Source of the DNA: Escherichia coli | GTDB lineage: Bacteria; Pseudomonadota; Gammaproteobacteria; Enterobacterales; Enterobacteriaceae | Direction: 5' to 3' (one strand) | Assembly (NCBI RefSeq): GCF_003018115.1 | Contig: NZ_CP027457.1 | DNA length: 64,000 nucleotides | In this document: one piece after another, positions 18,658 to 28,329 of the stretch | Layout: each line of letters starts with the position of its first letter | Position numbering within the stretch: position 1 is the stretch's first letter | Notes under the pieces: model-generated | Database searches by the model: none | Seen by the model: only the letters and a program-made list of their open reading frames with translations | What the model was told of the DNA's origin: nothing | Position numbers and translations under genes: made by a program

Positions 18658-19150
18658 ACGCTGCCTTGTCGGGGCCGTGCTGGCTATTGCTGCCACGCTG
18701 CCGGGTTTTCAGCAGCTTCACACCTCCGTGGAGGGGCTGAAACTGATTGCCGATTACGAAGGCTGTCGTCTGCAGCCGTATCAGTGCAGCGCGGGTGTCT
18801 GGACAGACGGCATTGGTAATACATCTGGCGTCATTCCGGGCAAAACCATTACGGAACGACAGGCAGCGGAAGGGCTGATCTCCAACGTGCTACGTGTGGA
18901 GCGGGCACTGGAAAAGTGTGTGAAGCAACAGCCGCCGCAGAAGGTGTATGACGCGGCGGTGTCGTTTGCCTTCAACGTGGGAACGGGCAATGCCTGCAGT
19001 TCCACGCTGGTGAAATTGCTCAACCAGCGGCGCTGGGCGGATGCGTGCCGACAGTTGCCGCGCTGGGTTTATGTAAAAGGTGTGTTTAATCAGGGGCTGG
19101 ATAACCGCCGAGCGCGGGAGATGGCCTGGTGTTTACAGGGAGCAAACTGA
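18638..19150 (+). CDS. K: endolysin (phage lysozyme, GH24-like)
   Basis: EGLKLIADYEGCRLQPYQCSAGVWTDGIGNT catalytic E-D-T region. Confidence 0.85.
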   Translation: MNPSIVKRCLVGAVLAIAATLPGFQQLHTSVEGLKLIADYEGCRLQPYQCSAGVWTDGIGNTSGVIPGKTITERQAAEGLISNVLRVERALEKCVKQQPPQKVYDAAVSFAFNVGTGNACSSTLVKLLNQRRWADACRQLPRWVYVKGVFNQGLDNRRAREMAWCLQGAN

Positions 19151-19151
19151 A

Positions 19152-19529
19152 ATGAAAAAGAAAGTAATTAGCGGGCTGTTTCTGATGTTATGGATGGCGC
19201 TGTTAATCGCAGCAATGGCGTATCCGCAGGGGATTTTTCCGGTACTGGCAGCGTCCGGCGTTTGGGTAGCCTGTTTGCTGACATGGGCGGTAATTCCGGT
19301 AGCACTGGCTGCGTTAATTCAGAATGGCCCGCTCTGGCAGGAGTTAAGGGCATCTTTGCTGAAGACAATTACCCGAAAAGAAAACGTATTTATCAGTTGG
19401 GTGATGCGATTGCTGATTGTTGTAAGTCTCGCATGGACGGGGTGGGCTATTACCCTGGTCTTTTATCTACTGACCGTTATTGCCTTCTGGATCACCCGTA
19501 ATCAGATGGCGCAACAGGTAGCCGCATGA
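19152..19529 (+). CDS. lysA: LysA-like membrane protein (lysis timing)
   Basis: ATG 19152; multiple TM helices; position after endolysin. Confidence 0.65.
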   Translation: MKKKVISGLFLMLWMALLIAAMAYPQGIFPVLAASGVWVACLLTWAVIPVALAALIQNGPLWQELRASLLKTITRKENVFISWVMRLLIVVSLAWTGWAITLVFYLLTVIAFWITRNQMAQQVAA

Positions 19530-19954
19530 ACCGGTTGCTGCTGGTTGTGCTGGCGTTATTACTGGCGGCGCTGGGCTGGCAGACGTGGCGGCTGGCTGAT
19601 GCCAGCCAGACCATCAGCACGCAGGCAAACGAGCTGCAGAGCAAAAGCCAGGCACTGGCAAAGAGCAACAGCCAGCTTATCAGCCTGTCCATTCTGACTG
19701 AAACCAATAACCGGGAGCAGGCGCGGCTCTATGCCGAAGCAGAACAGACCAGCGCACAGCTGAGACAACGACAACGCCGGATCGAGGAACTGAAACGTGA
19801 GAACGAGGATTTACGCCACTGGGCTGATACTCCTTTGCCTGCTGACATTATCCGGCTGCGGGAACGTCCGGCACTCACCGGAGGTGCAGCTTACCGTCAG
19901 TGGTTGTCCGCGAGTGACGCCGTGTCGGCTGGAGCAGGCAGCACCGCGCACTAA
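19526..19954 (+). CDS. lysB: inner-membrane spanin (LysB/Rz-like)
   Basis: N-terminal TM anchor and coiled-coil periplasmic domain. Confidence 0.75.
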   Translation: MNRLLLVVLALLLAALGWQTWRLADASQTISTQANELQSKSQALAKSNSQLISLSILTETNNREQARLYAEAEQTSAQLRQRQRRIEELKRENEDLRHWADTPLPADIIRLRERPALTGGAAYRQWLSASDAVSAGAGSTAH

Positions 19955-20087
19955 CGGTGATCTGAATGCGTTGCTGGATGAAACGGAGGCCGCCTGGGCG
20001 GTCTGTGCAGACAAAGTGGACATGATTATTGCGTGTCAGGAGCGAAACAGTGAACAAACCACAATCCCTGCGCCACGCCCTCAATAA
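19797..20087 (+). CDS. lysC: outer-membrane lipoprotein spanin (LysC/Rz1-like), overlapping lysB in another frame
   Basis: GTG start; lipobox LTLSGC; overlaps 3' end of lysB and 5' end of R. Confidence 0.7.
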   Translation: MRTRIYATGLILLCLLTLSGCGNVRHSPEVQLTVSGCPRVTPCRLEQAAPRTNGDLNALLDETEAAWAVCADKVDMIIACQERNSEQTTIPAPRPQ

Positions 20088-20481
20088 AGCGGTGCCTTAT
20101 GTCCGCAATAACCCGGACAAACTGCATCTGTTTGTGGATAACGGTTCGCTGGTTGCCACGGGGGCCAGCTCCATGTCGTGGGAGTACCGTTACACACTGA
20201 ACGCGGTGATTGAGGATTTCAGCGGCGACCAGAATCTGCTGATGGCCCCGGTTTTGCTGTGGCTGAGGGATAACCAGCCCGATGCCATCAATAACCCGGC
20301 GTTACGGGAAAAGCTATTCACCTTTGAGGTGGATATTCTGCGCAACGATGTCTGTGATATCAGCCTGAACCTGCAACTGACGGAACGTGTGCTGGTCAGC
20401 ACTGACGGCAGTGTGTCGAGCGTTGAAGCTATAGCGGAACCTGATGCACCTGAAGAAATGTGGACGGTGAAACGTGGCTGA
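20050..20481 (+). CDS. R: tail completion protein (P2 gpR-like)
   Basis: GTG 20050 with AGGAG RBS; synteny. Confidence 0.75.
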   Translation: MNKPQSLRHALNKAVPYVRNNPDKLHLFVDNGSLVATGASSMSWEYRYTLNAVIEDFSGDQNLLMAPVLLWLRDNQPDAINNPALREKLFTFEVDILRNDVCDISLNLQLTERVLVSTDGSVSSVEAIAEPDAPEEMWTVKRG

Positions 20482-20920
20482 ACTGCAGAAGGTGGACGAC
20501 TGGCTGAGTGCCTTGCTGGCGAATCTGGAACCAGCCTCGAGAAGCCGCATGATGCGCCAGCTGGCGCAGGAACTTCGCCGGACACAGCAGCAGAATATCA
20601 GGATGCAGCGCAACCCTGACGGCAGCGGCTATGAACCGCGACGGGTAACAGCACGCAGTAAAAAAGGCCGTATCAAACGTCAGATGTTTGCAAAGCTGCG
20701 CACCACAAAATACCTGAAAACTGCCGCCAGCACCGACTCTGCCAGCGTGCAGTTTGAAGGCAAGGTGCAGCGCATTGCCCGCGTTCACCATTACGGCCTG
20801 CGAGATCGCGTCAGTCGTAAGGGACCGGAGGTGCGTTACGCAGAGCGTCGCCTTCTGGGTGTAAATGATGATGTTGAGGCAATGACCCGCGACATGATTC
20901 TGCAATGGCTGGCGGGGTGA
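20474..20920 (+). CDS. S: tail completion protein (P2 gpS-like)
   Basis: 148 aa; synteny. Confidence 0.75.
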   Translation: MAELQKVDDWLSALLANLEPASRSRMMRQLAQELRRTQQQNIRMQRNPDGSGYEPRRVTARSKKGRIKRQMFAKLRTTKYLKTAASTDSASVQFEGKVQRIARVHHYGLRDRVSRKGPEVRYAERRLLGVNDDVEAMTRDMILQWLAG

Positions 20921-20924
20921 TCTT

Positions 20925-20942
20925 TGTATCAGCACTGATACA
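20925..20942 (+). promoter_or_regulatory. Ogr-dependent late promoter dyad TGT-N12-ACA (pV-like)
   Basis: TGTATCAGCACTGATACA (also a palindrome) about 55 bp upstream of V. Confidence 0.6.
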
Positions 20943-20988
20943 AGTTGCAGCACTGCCGCCTTTCTTCCCCTGATGGCAACCTTTCCCT

Positions 20989-21567
20989 ATGAACGCACAA
21001 TTAACCGAAATCATGCGCCTTATCACCAACCTGATCCGCACAGGGGTAGTCATCGAAGTGGACAGGGAAAACTGGCTTTGCCGGGTGAAAACGGGCGACC
21101 TTGAAACCAACTGGATTAACTGGCTGACGCTGCGCGCGGGTAATGCCCGGACATGGTGGCGACCATCGGAAGGTGAGCAGGTGGTGCTACTGAGTCTGGG
21201 CGGCAATCTGGAAACAGCCTTTGCGCTGCCCGCCATCTATTCGAATCAGTTCGCGCCACCGTCGACGTCGGCAGACGCCTGCGTGACAGAACATCCTGAC
21301 GGTGGCTGGTTTGAATACGAACCTGCCACCGGGCGTTGGTATGTAAGGGGCATCAAATCAATGGTCATTGAGGCCGCTGACAACATCACCATGAAAACCA
21401 GTGAGTTTGTACTGGAGGCTGACCACACGCGCATTAACAGCGAAGTGGTGATCAATGGTGGCGTTACCCAGGGCGGCGGAGTGATGAGTTCTAACGGGAT
21501 TGTGGTTGATGCACATCAGCATACTGGCGTCCTGAAAGGCGGCGACACAACCGGAGGCCCGGTATGA
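20989..21567 (+). CDS. V: baseplate spike/assembly protein (P2 gpV-like)
   Basis: 192 aa; synteny V-W-J-I. Confidence 0.8.
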   Translation: MNAQLTEIMRLITNLIRTGVVIEVDRENWLCRVKTGDLETNWINWLTLRAGNARTWWRPSEGEQVVLLSLGGNLETAFALPAIYSNQFAPPSTSADACVTEHPDGGWFEYEPATGRWYVRGIKSMVIEAADNITMKTSEFVLEADHTRINSEVVINGGVTQGGGVMSSNGIVVDAHQHTGVLKGGDTTGGPV

Positions 21568-21923
21568 CGCTTTATAGCGGGATGAACAATACCAGCGGTA
21601 AAGCCATTACTGATATTGACCATCTGCGCCAGTCGGTGCGGGACATTTTGCTGACGCCGCAGGGTAGCCGCATTGCCCGTCGGGAATATGGTTCCCTGCT
21701 GTCGGCACTGATAGACCAGCCACAAAATCCGGCATTACGCCTGCAGGTCATGTCGGCAGTGTATGTGGCGCTGAGTCGCTGGGAGCCACGGCTGACGCTG
21801 GATTCCATCACCATCAACAGCAACTTTGACGGTTCTATGGTGGTGGAGCTGACCGGGCGGCGGAATAACGGTGTGCCTGTGTCCCTTTCCGTATCAACAG
21901 GAGCAGAGAATGGCAGTGATTGA
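21564..21923 (+). CDS. W: baseplate protein (P2 gpW-like, gp25-like)
   Basis: 119 aa; synteny. Confidence 0.8.
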   Translation: MTLYSGMNNTSGKAITDIDHLRQSVRDILLTPQGSRIARREYGSLLSALIDQPQNPALRLQVMSAVYVALSRWEPRLTLDSITINSNFDGSMVVELTGRRNNGVPVSLSVSTGAENGSD

Positions 21924-22818
21924 CCTTTCGCAGTTGCCTGCACCGCAGATTGTGGATGTGCCGGACTTTGAGACGCTGCTTGCCGAACGCAAGGCAGAAT
22001 TTGTGGCGCTTCATCCGAAAGATGAGCAGGAAGCCGTGATCCGAACGTTGGAACTGGAATCTGAACCCGTCACTAAATTGTTGCAGGAGAACGCTTACCG
22101 TGAGTTGCTTCTGCGCCAGCGCATTAACGAAGCCGCGCAGGCGGTGATGGTGGCTTACGCGATGGGCGGCGATCTTGACCAGCTCGCTGCCAACTACAAC
22201 GTGACACGCCTGACGGTGACGCCTGCTGATAATGATGCTGTGCCGCCCGTTGCAGCTGTGATGGAAAGCGATGAAGCGTTACGCCTGCGTGTGCCTGCAG
22301 CCTTTGAAGGGCTTTCTGTTGCGGGGCCAACTGCAGCTTATGAATTTCATGCCCGAAGCGCCGACGGTAGGGTGGCGGATGCCAGTGCAACCAGCCCGGC
22401 ACCTGCAGAGGTGGTGCTGACTGTCCTTAGCCGCGAAGGCGATGGAACTGCAGAAAAAGACCTGCTGGACGTGGTGGAAAAAGCTCTGAACAGTGAGAAC
22501 GTCCGCCCGGTGGCTGACCGTCTGACGGTTCGCAGCGCAGAAATCATCCCGTATCGCGTGGAAGCTACCATTTTTCTCTATCCGGGACCGGAAGCAGAGC
22601 CGGTAATGGCAGCGGCAAAAGCCAGCCTGCAGAAGTACATCGCCAGTCAGACGCGTCTTGGTCGGGATATTCGCCGTAGCGCCATCTTTGCCGCCCTGCA
22701 TGTTGAGGGTGTGCAGCGTGTGGAGCTGGCTTCTCCTCTGGCGGATGTGGTCCTGAACAAAACACAGGCGGCATCATGTACGCAGTGGAGCGTAACCAAC
22801 GGAGGAACGGATGAATAG
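21910..22818 (+). CDS. J: baseplate protein (P2 gpJ-like)
   Basis: 302 aa from ATG 21910 (same length as P2 gpJ). Confidence 0.8.
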   Translation: MAVIDLSQLPAPQIVDVPDFETLLAERKAEFVALHPKDEQEAVIRTLELESEPVTKLLQENAYRELLLRQRINEAAQAVMVAYAMGGDLDQLAANYNVTRLTVTPADNDAVPPVAAVMESDEALRLRVPAAFEGLSVAGPTAAYEFHARSADGRVADASATSPAPAEVVLTVLSREGDGTAEKDLLDVVEKALNSENVRPVADRLTVRSAEIIPYRVEATIFLYPGPEAEPVMAAAKASLQKYIASQTRLGRDIRRSAIFAALHVEGVQRVELASPLADVVLNKTQAASCTQWSVTNGGTDE

Positions 22819-23416
22819 TCTGCTGCCACCGGGTTCAACTTCACTGGAGCGCCGACTGGCGCAAACCTGTAGCGGGATTTCTGATCTGCAGGTGCCGCTG
22901 CGTGACTTGTGGAATCCGGCTACCTGTCCGGTCAGCTTCCTGCCTTATCTCGCCTGGGCGTTCTCTGTGGATCGCTGGGACGAGGGCTGGACAGAAAGCG
23001 TCAAACGCCAGGTAGTGAAGGATGCTTTTTATATTCATCAGCATAAAGGAACCACCAGTGCCGTGCGGCGGGTGGTGGAACCGTTCGGATTCCTGATCCG
23101 CATTATTGAGTGGTGGCAGACCGGAGAGGCTCCGGGCACGTTTCGCCTGGATATCGGCGTGCAGGACCAGGGCATCACTGAAGATACCTATCTGGAACTT
23201 GAGCGACTGATAAGCGATGCCAAACCATGTAGCCGCCACATGATCGGCATGTCCATCAATCTGCAGACCAGCGGCCCGCATTGGGTGGGAGCCGCCAGCT
23301 ATCTTGGCGAAGAAATCACGATCTATCCGTATATCAACGAAACAATTATTTCCGGTGGCACCGCGCATGAAGGCGGGGCGGTCCATGTTATTGACACAAT
23401 GAGAGTGAATCCATGA
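22811..23416 (+). CDS. I: baseplate protein (P2 gpI-like)
   Basis: 201 aa; GGAGG RBS. Confidence 0.75.
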   Translation: MNSLLPPGSTSLERRLAQTCSGISDLQVPLRDLWNPATCPVSFLPYLAWAFSVDRWDEGWTESVKRQVVKDAFYIHQHKGTTSAVRRVVEPFGFLIRIIEWWQTGEAPGTFRLDIGVQDQGITEDTYLELERLISDAKPCSRHMIGMSINLQTSGPHWVGAASYLGEEITIYPYINETIISGGTAHEGGAVHVIDTMRVNP

Positions 23417-24835
23417 GCACAAAATTTTATACCCTGCTGACGGATATTGGCGCGGCGAAACTTGCCAGCGCCGCCGCGCTCGGTGTGCCGCTAAAAATTA
23501 CCCATATGGCGGTGGGCGATGGCGGCGGAGCATTGCCGACGCCGGACGCAAAGCAGACGGCACTGGTAAATGAGAAACGCCGGGCTGCGCTGAATATGCT
23601 CTATATCGACCCGCAGAACAGCAGCCAGATTATTGCTGAACAGGTGATCCCTGAAAATGAGGGTGGTTGGTGGATACGTGAAGTGGGTCTGTTTGATGAG
23701 TCCGGGGCATTGATTGCCGTAGGCAACTGCCCGGAAAGCTATAAGCCGCAACTGGCTGAAGGCAGCGGGCGCACCCAGACCGTGCGCATGGTGCTGATTA
23801 CCAGCAGCACGGACAATATCACCCTGAAAATCGACCCTGCCGTCGTGCTGGCAACCCGCAAGTATGTGGATGACAAGGTACTGGAGCTGAAGGTGTTCGT
23901 GGATGATAAGATGGCAAAACATCTTGCCGCACCGGACCCGCATTCACAGTATGCACCCAAAGAAAGCCCGACATTGACCGGAACACCCAAAGCGCCAACG
24001 CCAGCGGAGGGGAATAACACCACGCAGATTGCGACCACCGCGTTTGTTCAGGCCGCTATTACTGCTCTGATTAACGGTGCGCCAGCCACGCTGGACACAC
24101 TGAAAGAAATTGCCGCAGCCATTAACAATGACCCGAAATTCAGTACCACCATTAACAATGCGCTGGCACTAAAAGCACCGCTGTCGAGTCCGGCACTCAC
24201 CGGAACGCCAACAGCACCTACTGCGGCACAGTCGGTCAACAATACACAGATTGCCACTACAGCTTTTGTGAAATCAGCGATTGCGGCAATGGTGGGTTCT
24301 GCACCTGCTGCACTGGATACACTGAACGAACTGGCGGCGGCGCTGGGGAATGACCCGAACTTTGCCACGACAATGTTGAATGCGCTGTCAGGCAAACAAC
24401 CGCTGGACAATACGCTGACTAATTTGAGTGGAAAGGATGTTGCTGGTCTTCTCGCATACCTTGGTTTGGGAGAAGCGGCAAAACGGGATGTGGGGACAGG
24501 GGAAAATCAGATACCGGACATGGCCTCTTTTGCCAGTGGTGATGGATGGATGAAATTACCCAACGGGAAAATCCTGCAATATGGTCGTGGTGCGGTTACG
24601 CCGACATTATCGACGCAAAACAATGAGAATTACATTCAGCATTCCTTTCCCCAAAAAAGCGGACTGCGCCATGCTTACTCATTCTGGTGATGGCGGTGCG
24701 CCTTTAGGCGCTGGGCGAGGGTTCGTGATGACTGCAGAAGGCCCAACGTTAACCGGCTTTAATTCTGCTTACAGAACGTCATCAACCAGCGACACGGTAT
24801 CGATGAATTACAGTTGGTGGGCTGTTGGTGAGTAA
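23413..24835 (+). CDS. H: tail fibre protein (P2 gpH-like); variable C-terminal part lies inside the invertible segment; apparent +1 frameshift at C4A6 run 24649..24658
   Basis: Collagen-like repeats (TGTPKAPT.., TGTPTAPT..); frame from 23413 stops at 24690 while an overlapping frame (24581..24835) runs open to just before tfa; removing one A from A6 joins them. Confidence 0.7.
24449..24474. repeat. invertase crossover site (left), TTCTCGCATACC-TT-GGTTTGGGAGAA
   Basis: 26-bp imperfect dyad inside H at the GLGE codons; right half is the exact reverse complement of the left half of the site at 26358..26383. Confidence 0.6.
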
Positions 24836-24855
24836 TTTTATTCAGGGTGATTTAT

Positions 24856-25299
24856 ATGAACGAATATGTTTATAGCGCAAGGCATAATGCTTTTTTCCCT
24901 GTGGATATGATTGATAAATATAAATCAGAGGGATGGGATTTATCAGACGCTAAGGAAGTAAATCAAAATATTATCAGTGAGTTTATGGCTGAACCGCCAC
25001 AAGGAAAAATCCGTATTGCCGGAGATGATGGGCTGCCTGCGTGGGCAGATATTCCTCCACCCACGCATGAAGAGCTTATTGAAATTACTGAATCAGAAAG
25101 ACAGCTACTAATTAACCAGGCCAACGAATACATGAACAGTAAGCAATGGCCCGGTAAAGCCGCTATTGGTCGTCTGAAAGGTGAGGAACTGGCGCAATAT
25201 AATTTGTGGCTGGATTATCTGGACGCACTGGAGCTGATCGATACTTCCGGTGCGCCAGATATTGAATGGCCTACGCCTCCGGCAGTTCAGGCCAGATGA
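24856..25299 (+). CDS. tail fibre assembly protein (Tfa, gpG/U-like)
   Basis: Follows the fibre gene in current orientation. Confidence 0.75.
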   Translation: MNEYVYSARHNAFFPVDMIDKYKSEGWDLSDAKEVNQNIISEFMAEPPQGKIRIAGDDGLPAWADIPPPTHEELIEITESERQLLINQANEYMNSKQWPGKAAIGRLKGEELAQYNLWLDYLDALELIDTSGAPDIEWPTPPAVQAR

Positions 25300-25873
25300 C
25301 ATCCGGCGCTGTGCTGGTATCTGTTGCCGTCACCGCGTCAATGTAATCCAGCACAGCGTTAAGGCGGGTTGTTTCTGCCTGCGTCAGCTTCCGTCCGGCC
25401 TGTAATTTCAGTTGAATCAGACTGATGGAGGCCATTGCAGTATCAATCAGCGACTGGCGCTGTGCTTCTGCTGCATCTACTGCTGCGCCGTGCTGTGCCT
25501 TGGTATCTGTCACCCATTTCTCACCATTCCATTCATCGTATGGCGTTAACGGGGCGATAGTGGTTGTATTTTCAGGATAATCACCCGGAGCTGTGATTTC
25601 TTTCGATTCTCCTGTTTCGATGCTATAGACGATTTCACCGCGATGATCTGGCACATATTCCCATGAATTTAAATTCACAGAACGACAGATTGCATAACCA
25701 ACCTTATGTATGCCTGGTGCATCAAGACAGGAACATGCCGGAATACCGACACCAACAGCAAGATATTCAGTTGACGTGGAAATATATTCCCGTGTTTCAC
25801 CATCGTAGTTATAAACGGTAACATCCCCTGCCTTTGTTGCAATAAGGTCACTATTTAATATTGCTTTATGCAT
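25271..25873 (-). CDS. alternative tail fibre assembly protein (Tfa')
   Basis: 200 aa on opposite strand within invertible segment; C-terminal ...DTSTAPDVIWPELPEA parallels Tfa ...DTSGAPDIEWPTPPA. Confidence 0.75.
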   Translation of the reverse strand: MHKAILNSDLIATKAGDVTVYNYDGETREYISTSTEYLAVGVGIPACSCLDAPGIHKVGYAICRSVNLNSWEYVPDHRGEIVYSIETGESKEITAPGDYPENTTTIAPLTPYDEWNGEKWVTDTKAQHGAAVDAAEAQRQSLIDTAMASISLIQLKLQAGRKLTQAETTRLNAVLDYIDAVTATDTSTAPDVIWPELPEA

Positions 25874-26370
25874 CAGGCTGCCCTCACGATATAATTAAAT
25901 GCAATATTACGCGGACGCGTTTCTGAGGCTGCGGCACCTAAACCAGCCACTGATTGTTTATATGTTTTAAAGGTTCCATAATCCGGTGCTGGTAATCCGG
26001 CATCGTTTGTGTTTCCTCTTTTGATAATGTCAGTGCCACTATTTACCCAGCTTTCATCAAAATAGAAATTAATAGTTGCATCAGTCACAATCGTGGATCT
26101 TGACGGTAATCCATGAGCATGATCCTCCGTTGCATATCCCTGAATACTTAAAATAGAGCGACCTGTATCAATCCCCGCCCGTCATCCCAGCCACGAATAA
26201 ACTCACCACGTAAATCAGGCAATTTATTTGTCGGGTAAACTTTTGCCAGTTCCGGGTATTCTTCAGCAGAAAAAGCTGCACCATTGCATTTCAGCCAGCC
26301 TGTAGGCGGAGTGGCTGAAGGCCACGGAACAGGGACACCAACAGGTAATGCAGAGCCTTCTCCCAAACCA
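25873..26370 (-). other. alternative tail-fibre variable C-terminal segment (H'), promoterless, with apparent frameshift at C4 run 26173..26176
   Basis: Minus-strand reading from the crossover site: ...GLGEGSALPVGVPVPWPSATPPTGWLKCNGAAFSAEEYPELAKVYPTNKLPDLRGEFIRGWDDGRG, then frame shifts to ...DTGRSILSIQGYATEDHAHGLPSRSTIVTDATINFYFDE... Confidence 0.6.
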
Positions 26371-26383
26371 ACGTTTATGAAAA
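26358..26383. repeat. invertase crossover site (right), TTCTCCCAAACC-AA-CGTTTATGAAAA
   Basis: Inverted relative to left site; core dinucleotide AA vs TT. Confidence 0.6.
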
Positions 26384-26438
26384 TGCAGAGATAATGGCTA
26401 ACTGGCATCATCCCCGGTTTTTATTCAGGGGATTGATC

Positions 26439-27005
26439 ATGCTTATTGGCTATGTACGCGTGTCAACAAATGACCAGAACACCGATTTGCAACGTAATGC
26501 ACTGAACTGCGCGGGATGTGAGCGGATTTTTGAGGACAAAATCAGTGGCACTAAGTCCGACAGACCGGGGCTTAAAAAACTGCTCAGGACACTATCGGCA
26601 GGTGACACACTGGTTGTCTGGAAGCTGGACAGGTTGGGGCGCAGTATGCAGCATCTTGTTACGCTGATAGAAGAGTTGCGCCAGCGTGGCGTGAATTTCC
26701 GAAGCCTGACTGACAGTATTGATACCAGTACCCCAATGGGCCGTTTCTTTTTTCATGTCATGGGTGCCCTGGCTGAAATGGAACGCGAACTGATAGTTGA
26801 ACGTACCAGGGCAGGGCTGGCTGCAGCTCGTGCCAAAGGCAGAGTAGGTGGGCGTCGTCCTAAGTTGACCACCGAACAGTGGGCACAGATTGGACGTTTA
26901 CTCGAGGCCGGAGAATCAAGACAGCGTATTGCACTGATTTTTGATGTGGGCGTTTCTACCATTTATAGAAAATTTCCGGTGAATGAGAGCAATGAATCGC
27001 CCTGA
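26439..27005 (+). CDS. serine DNA invertase (Gin/Hin/Cin/Pin family)
   Basis: MLIGYVRVSTNDQNTDLQRNAL (catalytic Ser in VRVST) and C-terminal HTH; 188 aa. Confidence 0.9.
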   Translation: MLIGYVRVSTNDQNTDLQRNALNCAGCERIFEDKISGTKSDRPGLKKLLRTLSAGDTLVVWKLDRLGRSMQHLVTLIEELRQRGVNFRSLTDSIDTSTPMGRFFFHVMGALAEMERELIVERTRAGLAAARAKGRVGGRRPKLTTEQWAQIGRLLEAGESRQRIALIFDVGVSTIYRKFPVNESNESP

Positions 27006-27053
27006 GTCAGCATTATTTTGATTTTTCCTGTAAGCGGACAAATACCGTTATTT

Positions 27054-27071
27054 TGTGTGAATAACGACACA
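27054..27071 (+). promoter_or_regulatory. Ogr-dependent late promoter dyad TGT-N12-ACA (pF-like)
   Basis: TGTGTGAATAACGACACA about 85 bp upstream of FI. Confidence 0.6.
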
Positions 27072-27147
27072 ACTGCGCTTAGCTGTTTGTCAGGCACAAT
27101 CACTTCAACATAGGGCGAAGCCTAATCCAATCAGGAGGTTCGCCACT

Positions 27148-28320
27148 ATGGCTCAGGATTACCACCACGGGGTGCGCGTTGTTGAAGTCAACGAAGGCAC
27201 CCGATCTATTACCACGGTGAGCACCGCCATCGTGGGTATGGTCTGCACGGGCGATGATGCCGATGCAAAAATGTTTCCTCTTAATAAACCCGTGCTGATC
27301 ACTGATGTGCTGACTGCCAGCGGTAAAGCGGGTGAGTCAGGTACTCTGGCCCGTTCGCTGGATGCCATCGCTGACCAGGCAAAACCCGTGACCATTGTTG
27401 TGCGTGTGCCGCAGGGTGAAACGGAAGACGAAACCACGACCAATATCATCGGCGCAGTGACTGCTGAAGGTAAAAAAACAGGTATGAAAGCCCTGTTATC
27501 TGCCCAGTCACAGCTCGGCGTTAAACCGCGCATTCTCGGCGTGCCAGGCCACGACACCAAGGCGGTAGCTACTGAGTTGCTGAGCGTGGCGCAAAGCCTG
27601 CGTGGATTTGCTTACCTGTCAGCGTATGGCTGCAAGACAGTGCAGGAGGCGATCACTTACCGCGAAAACTTCAGCCAGCGCGAAGGGATGCTGATCTGGC
27701 CTGACTTTACTGGTTGGGACACGGTGCTGAATGCCGAAGCAACGGCATATGCCGCCGCCCGTGCGCTTGGTCTGCGCGCCAAAATTGACGAGCAGACCGG
27801 ATGGCACAAAAGCCTGTCCAACGTGGGCGTGAACGGTGTCACCGGAATTTCTGCAGATGTGTTCTGGGATCTGCAGGACCCGGCAACCGATGCAGGTCTG
27901 CTGAACCAGAACGACGTCACCACGCTTGTGCGTAAAGACGGTTTCCGCTTCTGGGGTTCCCGCTGCCTGAGTGATGACCCGCTCTTTGCCTTCGAAAACT
28001 ACACCCGCACGGCGCAGGTGCTGATGGACACGATGGCAGAAGCACACATGTGGGCGGTGGATAAACCGCTTAACCCGTCGCTGGCCCGCGACATTATCGA
28101 AGGTATCCGCGCCAAAATGCGCAGCCTGGTCAGTCAGGGCTATCTCATTGGTGGTGATTGCTGGCTGGATGAGTCGGTGAACGACAAAGACACGCTGAAA
28201 GCCGGAAAACTCACCATCGACTACGACTACACGCCAGTGCCGCCACTTGAAAACCTGATGCTGCGTCAGCGCATCACCGATCAGTACCTGGTGAATTTCG
28301 CCAGCCAGGTCAGCGCGTAA
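27148..28320 (+). CDS. FI: tail sheath protein (P2 gpFI-like)
   Basis: 390 aa; strong RBS AGGAGG; synteny. Confidence 0.85.
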   Translation: MAQDYHHGVRVVEVNEGTRSITTVSTAIVGMVCTGDDADAKMFPLNKPVLITDVLTASGKAGESGTLARSLDAIADQAKPVTIVVRVPQGETEDETTTNIIGAVTAEGKKTGMKALLSAQSQLGVKPRILGVPGHDTKAVATELLSVAQSLRGFAYLSAYGCKTVQEAITYRENFSQREGMLIWPDFTGWDTVLNAEATAYAAARALGLRAKIDEQTGWHKSLSNVGVNGVTGISADVFWDLQDPATDAGLLNQNDVTTLVRKDGFRFWGSRCLSDDPLFAFENYTRTAQVLMDTMAEAHMWAVDKPLNPSLARDIIEGIRAKMRSLVSQGYLIGGDCWLDESVNDKDTLKAGKLTIDYDYTPVPPLENLMLRQRITDQYLVNFASQVSA

Positions 28321-28329
28321 GGGGACAAC

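Larger units (their letters stand above)
24461..26371. other. invertible tail-fibre segment (G/C/P-segment-like), about 1.9 kb
   Basis: Flanked by inverted crossover sites; contains alternative fibre C-termini and two opposed tail-fibre-assembly genes; invertase gene immediately adjacent. Confidence 0.7.

Noticed and set aside
24581-24835. 84-aa ORF in the track that looks like a separate small gene after the tail fibre gene
   Set aside because: Its N-terminal half is out-of-frame fibre sequence; it is the frameshifted C-terminal continuation of gene H, not an independent gene.
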